Positions 17,496 to 41,099 of a stretch of 64,000 nt of DNA are shown piece by piece (the stretch's first letter is position 1; each line of letters opens with the position of its first letter). Made by a program: the position numbers and the translations under genes. The notes beneath the pieces are model-generated. The model was not told the origin of the DNA. It ran no database searches and saw only the letters and a list, made by a program, of their open reading frames with translations. This stretch comes from the human T2T-CHM13v2.0 reference genome, Homo sapiens. The DNA is taken from NCBI RefSeq assembly GCF_009914755.1, contig NC_060926.1, one strand, 5' to 3'.

Positions 17496-18733
17496 TGTGA
17501 TGGTGGGTTTTTAAATGTTTTTTCCTTCTGAAAACCTGATGTGGTTTTGTCCCTACCTCTGAGAACTAAAGAATAATCCCCTTGTTTATAATAAAAGAAA
17601 AAACACGAAAGAATATAATGATGGTTTCATTTTTCTATATTTAACTCTGTGTGATCCTAATGATATCTGGGCTCACAAAATTATTTTGTGGACAGAATTC
17701 CATCCTCAAAAGAATTCTTTATATGGTTTCATAAGCTGCTTAACCAAGCTGGTTACGTCAGCTAAGTGACTAGCATAGCACTTAATGTTGCCGCTCTACT
17801 TTGCCTCAACTCAGAGCACCTAAAAAGTAGATAAATAAATTATGCACCTTTGTTATTTGTTAGTTTTTGGGATTACCTAAGCCAATCACATTTTAATTGC
17901 AACCCTATTTTAAGGGCAAAGCCAGACAGTAAATGGTTAAATGCCCAAGGTTTGTCCTATAGCTCAAGTACTTAATTTCATACTTGCAATAGGGCTTTTA
18001 GCTTCAGTGGTCCAGAATTTTAGCTTTACCAGAAGAACACTCTTCTTATCCTCCCTATGTTTGAGAGACAGAGATGCTAGCATTCTTCCTTATCCCTAAG
18101 TATTCCTGCTGGGGAGTCCCAATTGGAGAAATATTATCTTTCTACTTGTTTAAAGTTTTGGTTGCAATCCATTAGGGTAATGCTGCTCCATGGCAGAATG
18201 ACAAAAAAGAAAAAAGATTCTATCTTTACCACCATAATAATGATGATGATATATGATGAACATACTGTGTGAAGAAATCTCCTTAGAGAAAACAAAGTAT
18301 ATAAGAAATATCAAATGTGGGACTGTAACATATTCCAAAGCACCAACAATCCATTTCTTGGGACTGCATGTAAACAGCAAAGACATCACAAATTCATGAA
18401 ATTTGCAGACAACAACAACAACAAAACAGCTCCTCAAGTCAGGTGACAGTAATGCCCCTCTCTTGCAAAGAGAACAAACTGTCATTAGTGTAACATGAAG
18501 AGCTGGCTTTCCAGTGAATTTTACTAATAAGGAAACACAAAAGGTTACAGACTTGAGTGAAACTACTCAAGGAACATAAAAGCTAAAAGCCAACTGATAA
18601 GTATGTCTTCACACATTTCTCAGGTGAATGGACTCTTTGACACCTTCATTTCTTCTCCAAACTGCTGTGCTATTAATTTTGAGCAGGCATATTCTGGTGG
18701 CTCATCCTAACTCTTTAAGGCTCCATTCATCCC

Positions 18734-18780
18734 GTGTGTGTGTGTGTGTGTCTGTGTGTGTGTATACACACATACACAGA
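18734..18780. repeat. (TG)n/(CA)n compound microsatellite in the USP37 3'UTR
   Basis: gtgtgtgtgtgtgtgtgtctgtgtgtgtgtatacacacatacacaga. Confidence 0.85.
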
Positions 18781-19049
18781 TATATATTTACAACATGTAT
18801 TCCTAAGACAAAAGAAGTGCCACTCATAGGAGAAAAAGAGGATAATCAGCTACGGATGTGAGACCAAAGTTTCCATAAAATAGCATGGAGCATTCTACGT
18901 TACTCCAATTTTTGTCTTTTGGTTTGGCCCTGAGCTGTTTGTTGCTCCCGCATCAAGTAGAATTCCAAATTCTCCTTCAGCAGAGGAAAGGTGAGGTGGG
19001 CAGCAGTAACAAATATGCAGTGCATGCTGCCAACCCAGGAGTTTGTTCC

Positions 19050-19137
19050 TCACGAGGCCTGACGGGTAGTCTTCCCCACTTCCGTGCTAAGTGACTGAGA
19101 GTTCTTTTCTGTTTCCAGCAGCTCATCAAAGATCTCC
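19050..19137 (-). CDS. USP37: USP37 terminal coding exon (EIFDELLETEKNSQSLSTEVGKTTRQAS*)
   Basis: ttttatcttaag|G acceptor, TGA at 19052-19050. Completes the Lys codon split from the previous exon. Confidence 0.95.
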
Positions 19138-19696
19138 CTTAAGATAAAACAAGCAAAAAATAAAACTGGAAATTTAGTAAGCAGAACCAAAGAATAGGCA
19201 GGAGAAAAAGTAAAATAAAATTGATATGGATAAGGCCTTCACAATTCCATTTCATGCCTGTATTTTATTTAAAAAGCAGCTCACTCATTTGATCTTAACC
19301 CTTTGAATGCTGATTTTTAAGAATAGAGGGGAACTGACAACAGTTAGCTTTAATGAACATGCTAGGTAATTCCCATCCATATAAATCAGATCTTCTAGCT
19401 GATAAAACTGGATGACCAAAACTATTTATGACAGGACATCTTCTATCATAAAACAAACTGTCTTAACTTCCATACCTAGATACAACTGTGTAATGAGCAA
19501 TTAATGCTGAGTTATGAGAGAAAATATTCTGGACTTACAAGGAAATATCAAGAGATAGACCCTAACCAAAGATGATAAAAACCAAAAATTTTCAACCAAT
19601 CAAATGATGGAAACATTTTATCCTCAAAGGAAAAAAAAAAAAAAAGAGTTCCGGTGATTTCTAACTCATTATTTAGAATCTGGCAAAGTTTCTTAC

Positions 19697-19835
19697 TTGT
19701 GCATATAAAAGAAGATGTAGCCACTCCGATCTCGATCACTCTGCACGGCAGCCTCTTGGATTTTTGATACCTCCAGGTCATTGTAAGTAAACCACGCTTG
19801 CTTCTTAATGTCATATACATCACTAATGTAATGAC
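19697..19835 (-). CDS. USP37: USP37 His-box exon (GHYISDVYDIKKQAWFTYNDLEVSKIQEAAVQSDRDRSGYIFFYMHK)
   Basis: ttcag|GT acceptor, AA|gtaaga donor. USP GHY...W..YND...YIFFY motifs; the His maps to 906 when counting back from residue 979. Confidence 0.97.
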
Positions 19836-19883
19836 CTGAAACAAATAACATCTTAAAATCAAGGTTTTTAAAAACACACCGAA

Positions 19884-21190
<1,307 letters not shown>

Positions 21191-21207
21191 TCATGATGGC
21201 TATTCAC

Positions 21208-21277
21208 CTGAAGAAGAAGTGCTACCAATGTGACTGACAACACTGATGAGCCGGTACGAATGAGGCAGATTTCCTGT
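21208..21277 (-). CDS. USP37: USP37 exon (TGNLPHSYRLISVVSHIGSTSSS)
   Basis: ttttccag|ACA acceptor, G|gtgaat donor. USP box Y.L..VV.H.G. Confidence 0.95.
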
Positions 21278-21399
21278 CTGGAAAACAGAAGTGGGTATAA
21301 CTTTTAAGTCTTCATTTGAATAAAAGCAAAACACTGAATATAAATTTATTATCAAAGCTGACATGGCTAAGCTTTGGTATGTGGCATAGTAAGAATCAA

Positions 21400-21800
21400 T
21401 TAAAAAATCTGTTCATACCCTTTGACCCAAGAATTCCACCCTCAACTAAGAATTTATTCTAAGGAAATAAGTCAAAAGAAGAGTATATGTATCAAATTAT
21501 TTACTGTGGCATTATCTGGTGAAAAGCTGGAACCAACAATATATCCAATAATAGCTAACTGGTTAGTATATCAATTCAATATAATAATGTTCAGTTATAT
21601 AAAAAAACTACATGGATCAGGAACATGTTAACCTTTTTTCCAAACCCATATGAATGCACATAGTAACTATAACTCTATTAAAAAAATGTTACGTTAAGAG
21701 TTAGGCATTGGACAATAGAACAAAAATGTTAAAAAGAGTTGCTATGTTGCTGTAGGGATCAGAGTGAACTTTTATATTTTAAAAAATATGATTAAAATAT
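21400..21800 (+). mobile_element. Old L1ME-like 3' fragment
   Basis: ccctttgacccaagaattccac...gaatttattctaaggaaataa is typical of L1ME 3' ends. Confidence 0.5.
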
Positions 21801-21881
21801 TTTTGGTAAAATAAAGCAAAACCGAAAAAGTGATATTCATGCACTGCAGACAGCACTATAAGGTAAAATTTGGGGAAGGAA

Positions 21882-23043
<1,162 letters not shown>

Positions 23044-23311
23044 ACTATACTTACGACTTTTTAAAAAGTATACATGGAGGTGAGAATAACAAAGAAATAT
23101 GTCAAAGTGCTGAGAGTAATTGTGTTAGGATGGTAGGATCCTGGATAATCAAAATTTGAGGAGAAAAAGCAATTATTTAAGGGGGGAAAAAGGGTTAAAA
23201 AAAAAAAACAGTTCAATGTGCCCTAATTAACATCACCAATTCAATAGTTTTCAGTGAGGAACAACCGTTTTTGGTATTTAATTATAAAGATGATACAGTT
23301 ATTCAGTGTAA

Positions 23312-23653
<342 letters not shown>

Positions 23654-23701
23654 TGAGTTCTTACCTAACATGCATGTAAAGTGGTCAGGATGTATTCCTG
23701 T

Positions 23702-23732
<31 letters not shown>

Positions 23733-23904
23733 CTTGTATGTGAAAAATGAACAGCAAATGACAAGAGAAAATGAGACCATCTAATGGCTACTGAAAGGGC
23801 CAAAATGAACCTGCAGTGGACACTGAAAGTGGGGCCTTTGAAGTAAAGAGTGGGAAGAGTGACACTGAATTTGACCAACTGTACTCAGGAATGAAAACAA
23901 TTAC

Positions 23905-24020
23905 CTCAGCATTTCTTTTCAGTTCCTCAGCTTCAGCTTCTGTGTACTCCATATCAAAAACATCCTCATTTCCAGAGTCCTCATCAGAACCCAATGCATC
24001 CACAAAGGAGTTGTTAAACT
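23905..24020 (-). CDS. USP37: USP37 exon (EFNNSFVDALGSDEDSGNEDVFDMEYTEAEAEELKRNAE), DSGxxD degron at S858
   Basis: ttcttcag|AG acceptor, GAG|gtaatt donor, 116 nt, frame-consistent. Confidence 0.95.
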
Positions 24021-24067
24021 CTGAAGAATACAAAGACAAAATCTTATAAAAGTTCTTGGAATAGAAT

Positions 24068-24388
24068 GGACGTGGTGGCTCACACCTGTAATCCCAACAC
24101 TTTGGGAGGCCGAGACAGGTGGATCACCTGAGGTCAGGAGTTCGAGACCAGCCTGACCAACATGGTCAGAGATGGGGTAGAGAAACTCCATCTCTACTAA
24201 AAATACAAAAAAAAAAAAAAAAAAAAATTAGCCAGGAGTGGTGGCTAATGCCTGTAATCCCAGCTACTTGGGAGGCTGAGGCAGGAGTTTCTTGAACCCA
24301 GGAGGCAGAGATTGCAATGACCTGAGATTGCACCATTGTACTCCAGCCTGGGCAACAAGAGCAAAACTCTGTCCCAAAAAAAAAAAAA
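24068..24388 (+). mobile_element. Alu with TSD aaaagttcttggaataga
   Basis: Alu consensus with flanking duplication. Confidence 0.9.
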
Positions 24389-24777
24389 GTTCTTGGAATA
24401 GACATAACAGATATAATTAGAAAGATAAAATAGTTTGAGGTACACATTTTATCATTCTAAGAAAACATAAAACGTAATATGACGGTCCAACACGCTCAGC
24501 CCACTGTGGGGAACACGGGAGACATGGTATCTGTAAAAGAAACGCTCTTTTTCTTTTAAATATATTTATATGATAAAGGGATCTAACCCTTATAAGAAAG
24601 ATATAAAACTAGAAAATAATTTTACATATAATCCAATTTCACTAAATTCTATATGATATAAGCTATATATGTTAGATTTCAAGTACTTGGTGTCATTAGC
24701 AAACATAAATTATCCTCACAGAAAAAGGATTATAAAAAGGTCAATGTTCTTTTTTTCTTTGTATTAAATCATTTCTT

Positions 24778-25793
<1,016 letters not shown>

Positions 25794-25840
25794 TTATATC
25801 ACTGAATGTTCAAAAGACACAAGAAGACATGGAAGAACTA

Positions 25841-26460
<620 letters not shown>

Positions 26461-27020
26461 ATGAAGACATGGAAGAACCAGGAACCAGGTACCTCTGAAA
26501 CTGGGGGATAAGGAGGGGATAAAATAAAGATTAGGTAAAAGCTGTTTGAGAAACAGATTCCTACATCTACTTCTTCCAGCTTCCTAACTCATGGACTTCT
26601 AAAACCTGGTCCACATATTAGTTCTGCCAAATGCTACGACATGTGAACCTTATGCTACTGAATACACTCACTCATGACTGCCCACTGACTGCCCCAGAAT
26701 AAGCTCTTGAAAATTCACGGGGAAACTGAAGCCACATTATGTTCTTCTAGGAGTCGTAACAGTGGCAAAATTATAATTCTTTCATTAAACAGATGATAGA
26801 TTGTTCTTGCTAATTTTTCAATATTAAAAAACATATTGTTAGAGATATGGGTATAGATGACAAAAATTATTTTGAAAAAAGCAAGCTGAAGATGAATACA
26901 AATGTTAGAATAGTGGTTTCCTCTGGGAGGAAGACAAAAAGGAGAGATATAAAGGTTACTTCTAAGGTTCTATTTATTTACCTGGGAGGTATTCAAATTT
27001 GTTATCAAAAAACACATTTT

Positions 27021-27382
<362 letters not shown>

Positions 27383-27420
27383 TTACCATTAAAAAAATGT
27401 AATTAAAAAGATCTCCACAC

Positions 27421-27481
27421 CTTGAAGACTTAACTCGGTAGCTCTTTTGAGGTCATCATCTTCTTTCTGTTCCCAAGCCTC
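27421..27481 (-). CDS. USP37: USP37 exon, UIM3 ([20 protein letters not shown])
   Basis: ccctttag|GAG acceptor, G|gtgtgg donor, 61 nt. UIM-like [14 protein letters not shown]. Confidence 0.93.
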
Positions 27482-27549
27482 CTAAAGGGAAAAGAACAAA
27501 AACTAAGGTATTTAAAGAGGTACTGATTAAACTTACTTAATGAGGATAA

Positions 27550-28651
<1,102 letters not shown>

Positions 28652-28914
28652 TTAGATTTCTTAATCTGATTATCTGATGAACCCAAAGCAGGCCTCAAAC
28701 AAGTACTAAACCTACCCATTCATTCTAGGGAGTCTTGGTAAATTTTTACTAACATGACTTGGATTGCACAGGATTAGATAACTATGAAAAATCAGACCTG
28801 TAAGTCAGATCCTGTTGCCTATAAATCTGATATTTCAGGTGACTGTAACAGTGGAAAACAAATGGCATAAACTGAATATTGAAGAATAGGTTACTACATA
28901 AAGAAAAGAGCAAG

Positions 28915-29575
28915 GGCTGGGGGCAAATAGCTCATGCCTATAATCCCAGCACTTTGGGAGGTTGTGGTGGGAGGACTGCTTAAGCCCAGGAGTTTGAGAC
29001 CAGCCTGGGCAACAGTGAGACACTGTCTTTACTAAAAATAAAAAAATGAGCCGGGCATGGTGGATGCTCCTGTGGTCCCATGTACTTGAGAGGCCTAGGC
29101 AGGAGAATTGCTTGAGCTCAGAGTTTGAGGCTGCAGTGAGGAATGATCAAGCCACTACATTCCAGCCTGGGCAACTGAGCAAGACCCTATCTCAATAAAT
29201 AAACAGGAAGGCAGATAAATGTTCTAATACTAAAATCTGAAAATTAGATTTTAGAAAATATTTGTGATAATTCTATGTTCAAATAATTCATAAAAAATTT
29301 ATATTCTTAGAAAATAACCAAAACAAATACATTGCCTTAAAATACAATTATAAAATCATGGTGTTATACTGGTTGTTTCTACAGCTTGCAAAATAATGCT
29401 GGACTGGGAAGCCAGGCATGGTGGCTCACATCTGTAGTCCTAGCACTTTAGGAGGCCAAAAGGGGAGGAGTGCTTCAGTCCAGGAGTTCAAAACCAGCCT
29501 GGGCAACATAACAAGGCTCTGTCTCTAAAAAATTAAAATAGAAAATAAAAATAAAAAGAAAAGAAAAAAATAAAT
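28915..29575 (+). mobile_element. AluJ-like (28915-29205) and Alu monomer (29410-29575)
   Basis: Alu consensus. Confidence 0.82.
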
Positions 29576-29625
29576 TTGGACTAGGAATAATCTATAATAC
29601 CCCATCCTGTTTTAGCAAGCAATGA

Positions 29626-29970
<345 letters not shown>

Positions 29971-30124
29971 TCAAACAAGTCTTTTTTTTCCCCAATGACT
30001 TACTCTATGTAAATCATCTGGAACAATGTCTGACACATAGTAAGTGCTCAACACATTAGTTATTATTATTATATTTCTCAGGAAAGGTAAGTACAGAGAA
30101 AGTAGCAATATAAATATCTCTTAC

Positions 30125-30291
30125 TTGCTCTTGAAGGCTCTGAGCCAGTGCCTGCTGAAGCTCTTGCTCTTCCCTTTCACGCTCCATATCATACTGCTGG
30201 AGCCAATCAACTTCTCCCTGAGATCCTTCTGGAGTTTTGTTTTCTTTATTCTCATCACAGTCTTTAGTTATCTCAGTAAAACTGGCAGGAT
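30125..30291 (-). CDS. USP37: USP37 exon, KEN box and UIM2 (DPASFTEITKDCDENKENKTPEGSQGEVDWLQQYDMEREREEQELQQALAQSLQEQ)
   Basis: cttcctcag|AT acceptor, CAA|gtaaga donor. UIM EEQELQQALAQSLQE; KEN at 782-784. Confidence 0.96.
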
Positions 30292-30441
30292 CTGAGGAAG
30301 CAGAACATAACATTAATTTGGAAAATCCTAATAAATGGAAATTTCTGAACTAGAGTGACACCTACTGTTCATAAAGCAATTTACCCTAATTTCATCTATA
30401 ATTTGCTTAGGACATACAATTTCACCTTACTAGATCTACGT

Positions 30442-30670
30442 CAGGGTTGATCAACCTAGAGCTATTGACATTTTGGGTGGGACAAGCTTTTGTTGGGGTG
30501 AGGGGAGAAGAGTATGTCCTGTGCATTGTAGAACGTTTAGCAGTGTTTCTGGCCTCTACCTACTAGATATTAGTAGCATCCACCCTCTACAGTTGTGATA
30601 ACCAAAAATGACAGACACTACTATATGTCCTCTGGAAGGCAAAATTGTTCTTGTTTGAGAACAAATGATC
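30442..30670. mobile_element. MER20 DNA transposon
   Basis: ctattgacattttgg...gtcctgtgcattgtagaacgtttagcag...ctggcctctacctactagat...ccaaaaatg. Confidence 0.75.
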
Positions 30671-30849
30671 TACAGTGATGGTTCTAAAAGTTAATTAATC
30701 ATCAGAAACACACTATGTAAAGATGGGGAAGAAAAAACAGCCATAGGTCATAGTGTCACTTGACCAAGTACTGGAAATAAAATATTTTTAGAGCAAATGA
30801 AGTAAGAATTAGGCCAAAATGATCAAGCTACTATTGAGATTTTCCCCAT

Positions 30850-33115
<2,266 letters not shown>

Positions 33116-33885
33116 TAATACTGTATTTCTCTGTGGCACAGGTAACCCTGAAGCTTACAGCATCCTGGCTTTAGATTCTAAGTCAGCAACTAGTTAGCAT
33201 TTTGAGTTGTACTGAATTGCTGAGTGAATATTTATTAAAAGAGGAAAAGAGACTCAGAATTTATTTGGTGGAAAAATCCCAATTGTTCAGAAAAATTATA
33301 TTACAGATAATCCCAATTAAACACACAAAAAACAATTATCCTAGAGATGTCAATAATTTCTTCCTTTCTTCTATTATTGGAGAAACAACCCTTGCCATGG
33401 CCTAGAAGGGGCAGCTTGGAAGTCTACATGACCCTGCCTGTCCCTCCTACCTACGCCTGCTGAACTGGGAATGGATTATTTGACTCAACCAATCAGATTA
33501 TCTGTTTTGGAAATTTGGAACTGAGATATACAAAGTTAGCTGATGATGAGCATTTCAAGTGGAAGGAAGACTTGGGGGTTGATATTGCTATTTTAGAGTA
33601 TAAAATGAGTATTATTATTTTTATTATCAAAACGTACTCAAAAACGTGACAGAATAATTTTTCTTAACCAATAATTTTGAACACTCAATGATTCAATGTA
33701 CCTCAGACAATCCTGGATTATACTAGTAACTAATCCATGTGTTAGAAAGGAGATCAAGGAAGTTTGCTTGAAGATGCTAAAGTCAATATACATTTGTCTT
33801 CAGGATAAGATTATCAGACAGATACAGAACGTATTTAAAAATCTATGGGGACAAACATGGCCATGAAATAATAATCCACTTTTAA

Positions 33886-34237
<352 letters not shown>

Positions 34238-34259
34238 TTAACTCAACATTCTTCCACTG

Positions 34260-36188
<1,929 letters not shown>

Positions 36189-36585
36189 CTAGATATCCTC
36201 TTTCTTTTGGTGATCTCAAGAGTCTTTCCTTCGCAATGTGATCTCTCCAGCAGGGCAGCCAAACTTCTTACGTAGCAGCTTAGGGTTCCCAAAAGCACAA
36301 AAGGGGAAGTTGCCAGGCCATCTTAATGTTTAATCACGAACTTGGCACAGAAACAATTCAATCACATTTTATTGCACTCACATAGCCTTCCCAAATTCAC
36401 TGTGAAGAGGTCTACACAAGAGTATGCATACTGGTAGCCACGGTTCACTAGATGCTGTCTTTGGAGACTGAGTGTGTATATACACACACTCACACTTTTC
36501 TTTTCTATGGAGCCATGTGAATACACTGTAATTGCAGATATTATAATACTTTACCCCAAAGCACGTCAGCCTGAATCTCTCTCTC

Positions 36586-36887
36586 TTTTTTTTTTTTGAG
36601 ACAGAGTTTTGCTCTTGTTGCCCAGGATGAAGTACAATGGTGCAATATCGGCTCACTGCAACCTCCTCCACCTCCTGGGTTCAGGCAATTCTTCTGCCTC
36701 AGCCTCCCAAGTAGCTGGGATTACAGGCATGCAACATCACACCCGGCTAATTTTGTATTTTTGGTAGAGATGGGGTTTCACCATGTTGGTCAAGTTGGTC
36801 TTGACCTCCTGATCTCAGGTGATTCACCCACCTCAGCCTCCCAAAGTGCTGGGATTACAGGCATGAGCCACCGTACCCAGCCCAGCC
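36586..36887 (-). mobile_element. Alu with TSD cagcctgaatctct
   Basis: Alu consensus with flanking duplication. Confidence 0.9.
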
Positions 36888-37903
36888 TGAATCTCTTAAT
36901 TAAAAGCACATTTTCCTACATAACAATTATCACATCTAAGAATATTAACAGTAATTCTATTTATAATTCCAATATATAGCCCACATTCTCATTTCTCCAG
37001 TTGTTTCCAAAATATTTTTTGTAGAATTTTTTCTAACCTAGACTCCTAAGGTTACTCACTACATTTGGTTGTCAGGTCTCTTTAGTCTTTAGTCAGGGCC
37101 AGTTTTTCTTCTAAAGCCTCCCATTATGGATTTTTCTAGTGTTCTTTTAAGTACAGGCTGTTTTTTTCCCCATACCCCAGAGCCTGGAGACAGGGTGGGT
37201 TTCCTCTTTACTACCCACTGCCATTTCCAACTACTCTGTCTCCTTTCAGGCTATAAAAACTGTAGCTCCCTTGAAGTGCATGATATAGGACATTGCCACA
37301 TATTACCTCTTCCTGTAGCTGTCCCTTTGTTAATTTTAGGAAGTTATAGGACTGGGCAAAGAACTGAAAAGGAGAGCAGAAAGCAGGAAATAAATCAGGA
37401 AGGGACAAAAGCACTAATATTAACCAGGGATACCTAAGGGCAGTGATTATAAATGTAGTAAGGGGACTGCATAATGATACTTGTATCAAGAAGGAAAAAA
37501 GTAATGCCTGTGTATAAAAACCATCACGTTTTTGCTTCCAGTTAAATGGGGATATACTAATTCTTATTTTACTTGCATGCAAAATAATTCATAATTGAAG
37601 AGGTTCCAACTATGAGAATGTAGAAAATAATTTCCTGATATTCTAGTATTCTCTTCATTTCCAAAATCCTATGGCTGGTGTACCTGAAACACATTAGCAA
37701 TATATAGTTGTCTAGATCTTGGGGCTATCAAGAGAGAAAAATTTGAACTGGTCATAGGAAAAGATAGTAAAAGTTATCTACCTAAAAATTTCAAAACACC
37801 CACAGTACAAGGCAGGATGGCTCAGCTCTGTTGTTCCCACTGATAGCTTTAGATAACAAAAAATGAGTAAAAATTACCAAAAAAATAGTATAGCATTTTA
37901 TGT

Positions 37904-38170
37904 ACAGTCATGTGTTGCTTAATGATGAAGATACATTCTAAGAAATTGCATGGTTAAGTGATTTCGTCTTTGTGCGAACATCTTCGAGTATATTCAACAC
38001 AAACCTAGATGGTATAGCTGACTATACATCTAGGCTACATGGCATAGCTCCTGGGCTATAAACCTGTAAAGCATGTTACTGTACTGAGTACTGTAGGCAA
38101 CTGTAACACAATGGTAAGTAGTTGTGTATCTAAATACATCTAAACATAGAAAAAGCAATGCATTGTGCAG
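37904..38170. mobile_element. MER47/Tigger3-family TcMar DNA transposon remnant
   Basis: TA then cagtcatg terminus; cacaaacctagatggtatagc...aaacctgtaaagcatgttactgtactg. Confidence 0.75.
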
Positions 38171-38347
38171 GGAATGGAGAACGTGAATTATTTATACCCT
38201 AACACCTGGTGTAAATTCAGATATAGGAAAATGAAAGAATTATATGAATTTCTGAAATAGCAGTGGTGAGAAAAGCACCTCAGAACTGACACAAACATAT
38301 ATTAAATGCACATAAGAAGGCTAGTTTTACTAGTGATGTATACCTAA

Positions 38348-38737
<390 letters not shown>

Positions 38738-38746
38738 TAAACCTAC

Positions 38747-39002
38747 CCAGCTCTGTGATTGTTTTGGGCTTCTCAGTTTCCATAGTGTCTGGATTTTCTG
38801 GCATTTCTTGAATATCATCTTCTGCAAATCCGGTATCTGGGCTGCTAGTTGGCTTATCATCATCTTCATGACTCAGAGATGGTGAAGCATCTCTCTTACT
38901 TATCTCCAAGACAGCTGCTAGAAGCTCTTCTTCGCTCATTCTGTCAAATCCTGAGTTTTCCAATTCAGACTTGTCAGGCTCTATTGGGCATAATTTTGAA
39001 TC
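38747..39002 (-). CDS. USP37: USP37 exon, UIM1 (DSKLCPIEPDKSELENSGFDRMSEEELLAAVLEISKRDAS...KPKTITEL)
   Basis: cttcttcag|GAT acceptor, G|gtaggt donor, 256 nt. UIM SEEELLAAVLEISK. Confidence 0.96.
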
Positions 39003-39452
39003 CTGAAGAAGAGAGTTACTTTTAGAAGAAACCAGAATACCTACAAATATAGCAATCTTAATTAGTATTTAAAGTAGCAACTTTATTTCTAAAAAGTTTC
39101 CTTTCTTTGATGCTTTGGGTTATTTAACAATCAATAACCAATATATAAACTAAATGGTGAGTCTAACTTTAAAAATAATAAATACATAAGAATACATTAT
39201 TTTTTCTTGATTGAAATAAGTATATATTTTGTACAAATTTGGAGAATACATAAAAATAATAAAATAAATTCATTCAAAATAGATTACTCAGAGATAATTA
39301 CTCTAAGTATTTTCAATTTATTTTCTTCCAGATATATATAGATTATACAGTAAATATTCTATCATTATGCCTACTACACCATTATAAATGTTAGCTGATC
39401 TTATTAACAATAAATGAGAAAAATAAACACGACATCAAGATTATGTAAAGAA

Positions 39453-40182
<730 letters not shown>

Positions 40183-40409
40183 CTACTAAAATAATTCTAT
40201 TATTTAAAAGGGAGGCTTAAAATAAAATACAGTAGCATAAGATAATGCAAACACCTAGAAAAGCTTAGATCTTCAAAGTATTAACTATCCATATAATTAT
40301 CTATATATTAATCCAATTAATAAATCCATAATTTAAACAATTAGATTACTTGGTTGCTCTGTTGATGTAAAATGTTTACTACAGTTCCCTCACATAAACA
40401 ATTGCTACA

Positions 40410-40701
<292 letters not shown>

Positions 40702-40957
40702 CTACCAAAATAAAGCAAGTAATTATTTGAGGACGAATATGCAAAAGTAGCTTTGAAGGGCAAAAAAAGAAAGTAATTTGTTTAGAACAACGAATTTCTC
40801 GTAAGTCTTGATCCATCTGTAAACAGACTGATTTCTGTAGCCAGAGAAGGCATTTTCTTTAAAACTAATTAGTTTGATGATGGTTATGAAAGACATTTGT
40901 TTGGACAGTAAGAGATAAACAAATCTTTGTCAGATGTTTTAAGAAAATATTACTTAC

Positions 40958-41099
40958 TTTTTCCAGGTCTTCCTGCTGCTGTTCGTTGCCTAACATTTCA
41001 CAAAGTCTCTGGCTGAGGGCCACAGAACGTTTTAGCTCATCCTCACTGTCTGAATCAAGGCATAAAGCCAAGGAGCTCTTGGATTTGAAGGTGAATTTC
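40958..41099 (-). CDS. USP37: USP37 exon (KFTFKSKSSLALCLDSDSEDELKRSVALSQRLCEMLGNEQQQEDLEK)
   Basis: ttacag|G acceptor after poly-T, AAA|gtaagt donor, frame-consistent. Confidence 0.94.

Larger units (their letters stand above)
14360..19049 (-). other. USP37: USP37 3'UTR (~4.7 kb; end approximate)
   Basis: AU-rich, nearly repeat-free stretch between the USP37 stop and the ATTAAA signal. Confidence 0.7.

Noticed and set aside
23788-23904. In-frame read-through of the 23905 donor giving an alternative USP37 C-terminus (VIVFIPEYSW...FWPFQ*)
   Set aside because: A 38-codon open stretch is unremarkable, the donor is acceptable, and I saw no convincing nearby poly(A) signal.
23816-24049. Antisense ORF over a USP37 exon (similar cases at 30044-30295 and 1159-1442)
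   Set aside because: Shadow ORFs on the opposite strand of real coding exons, with no independent support.
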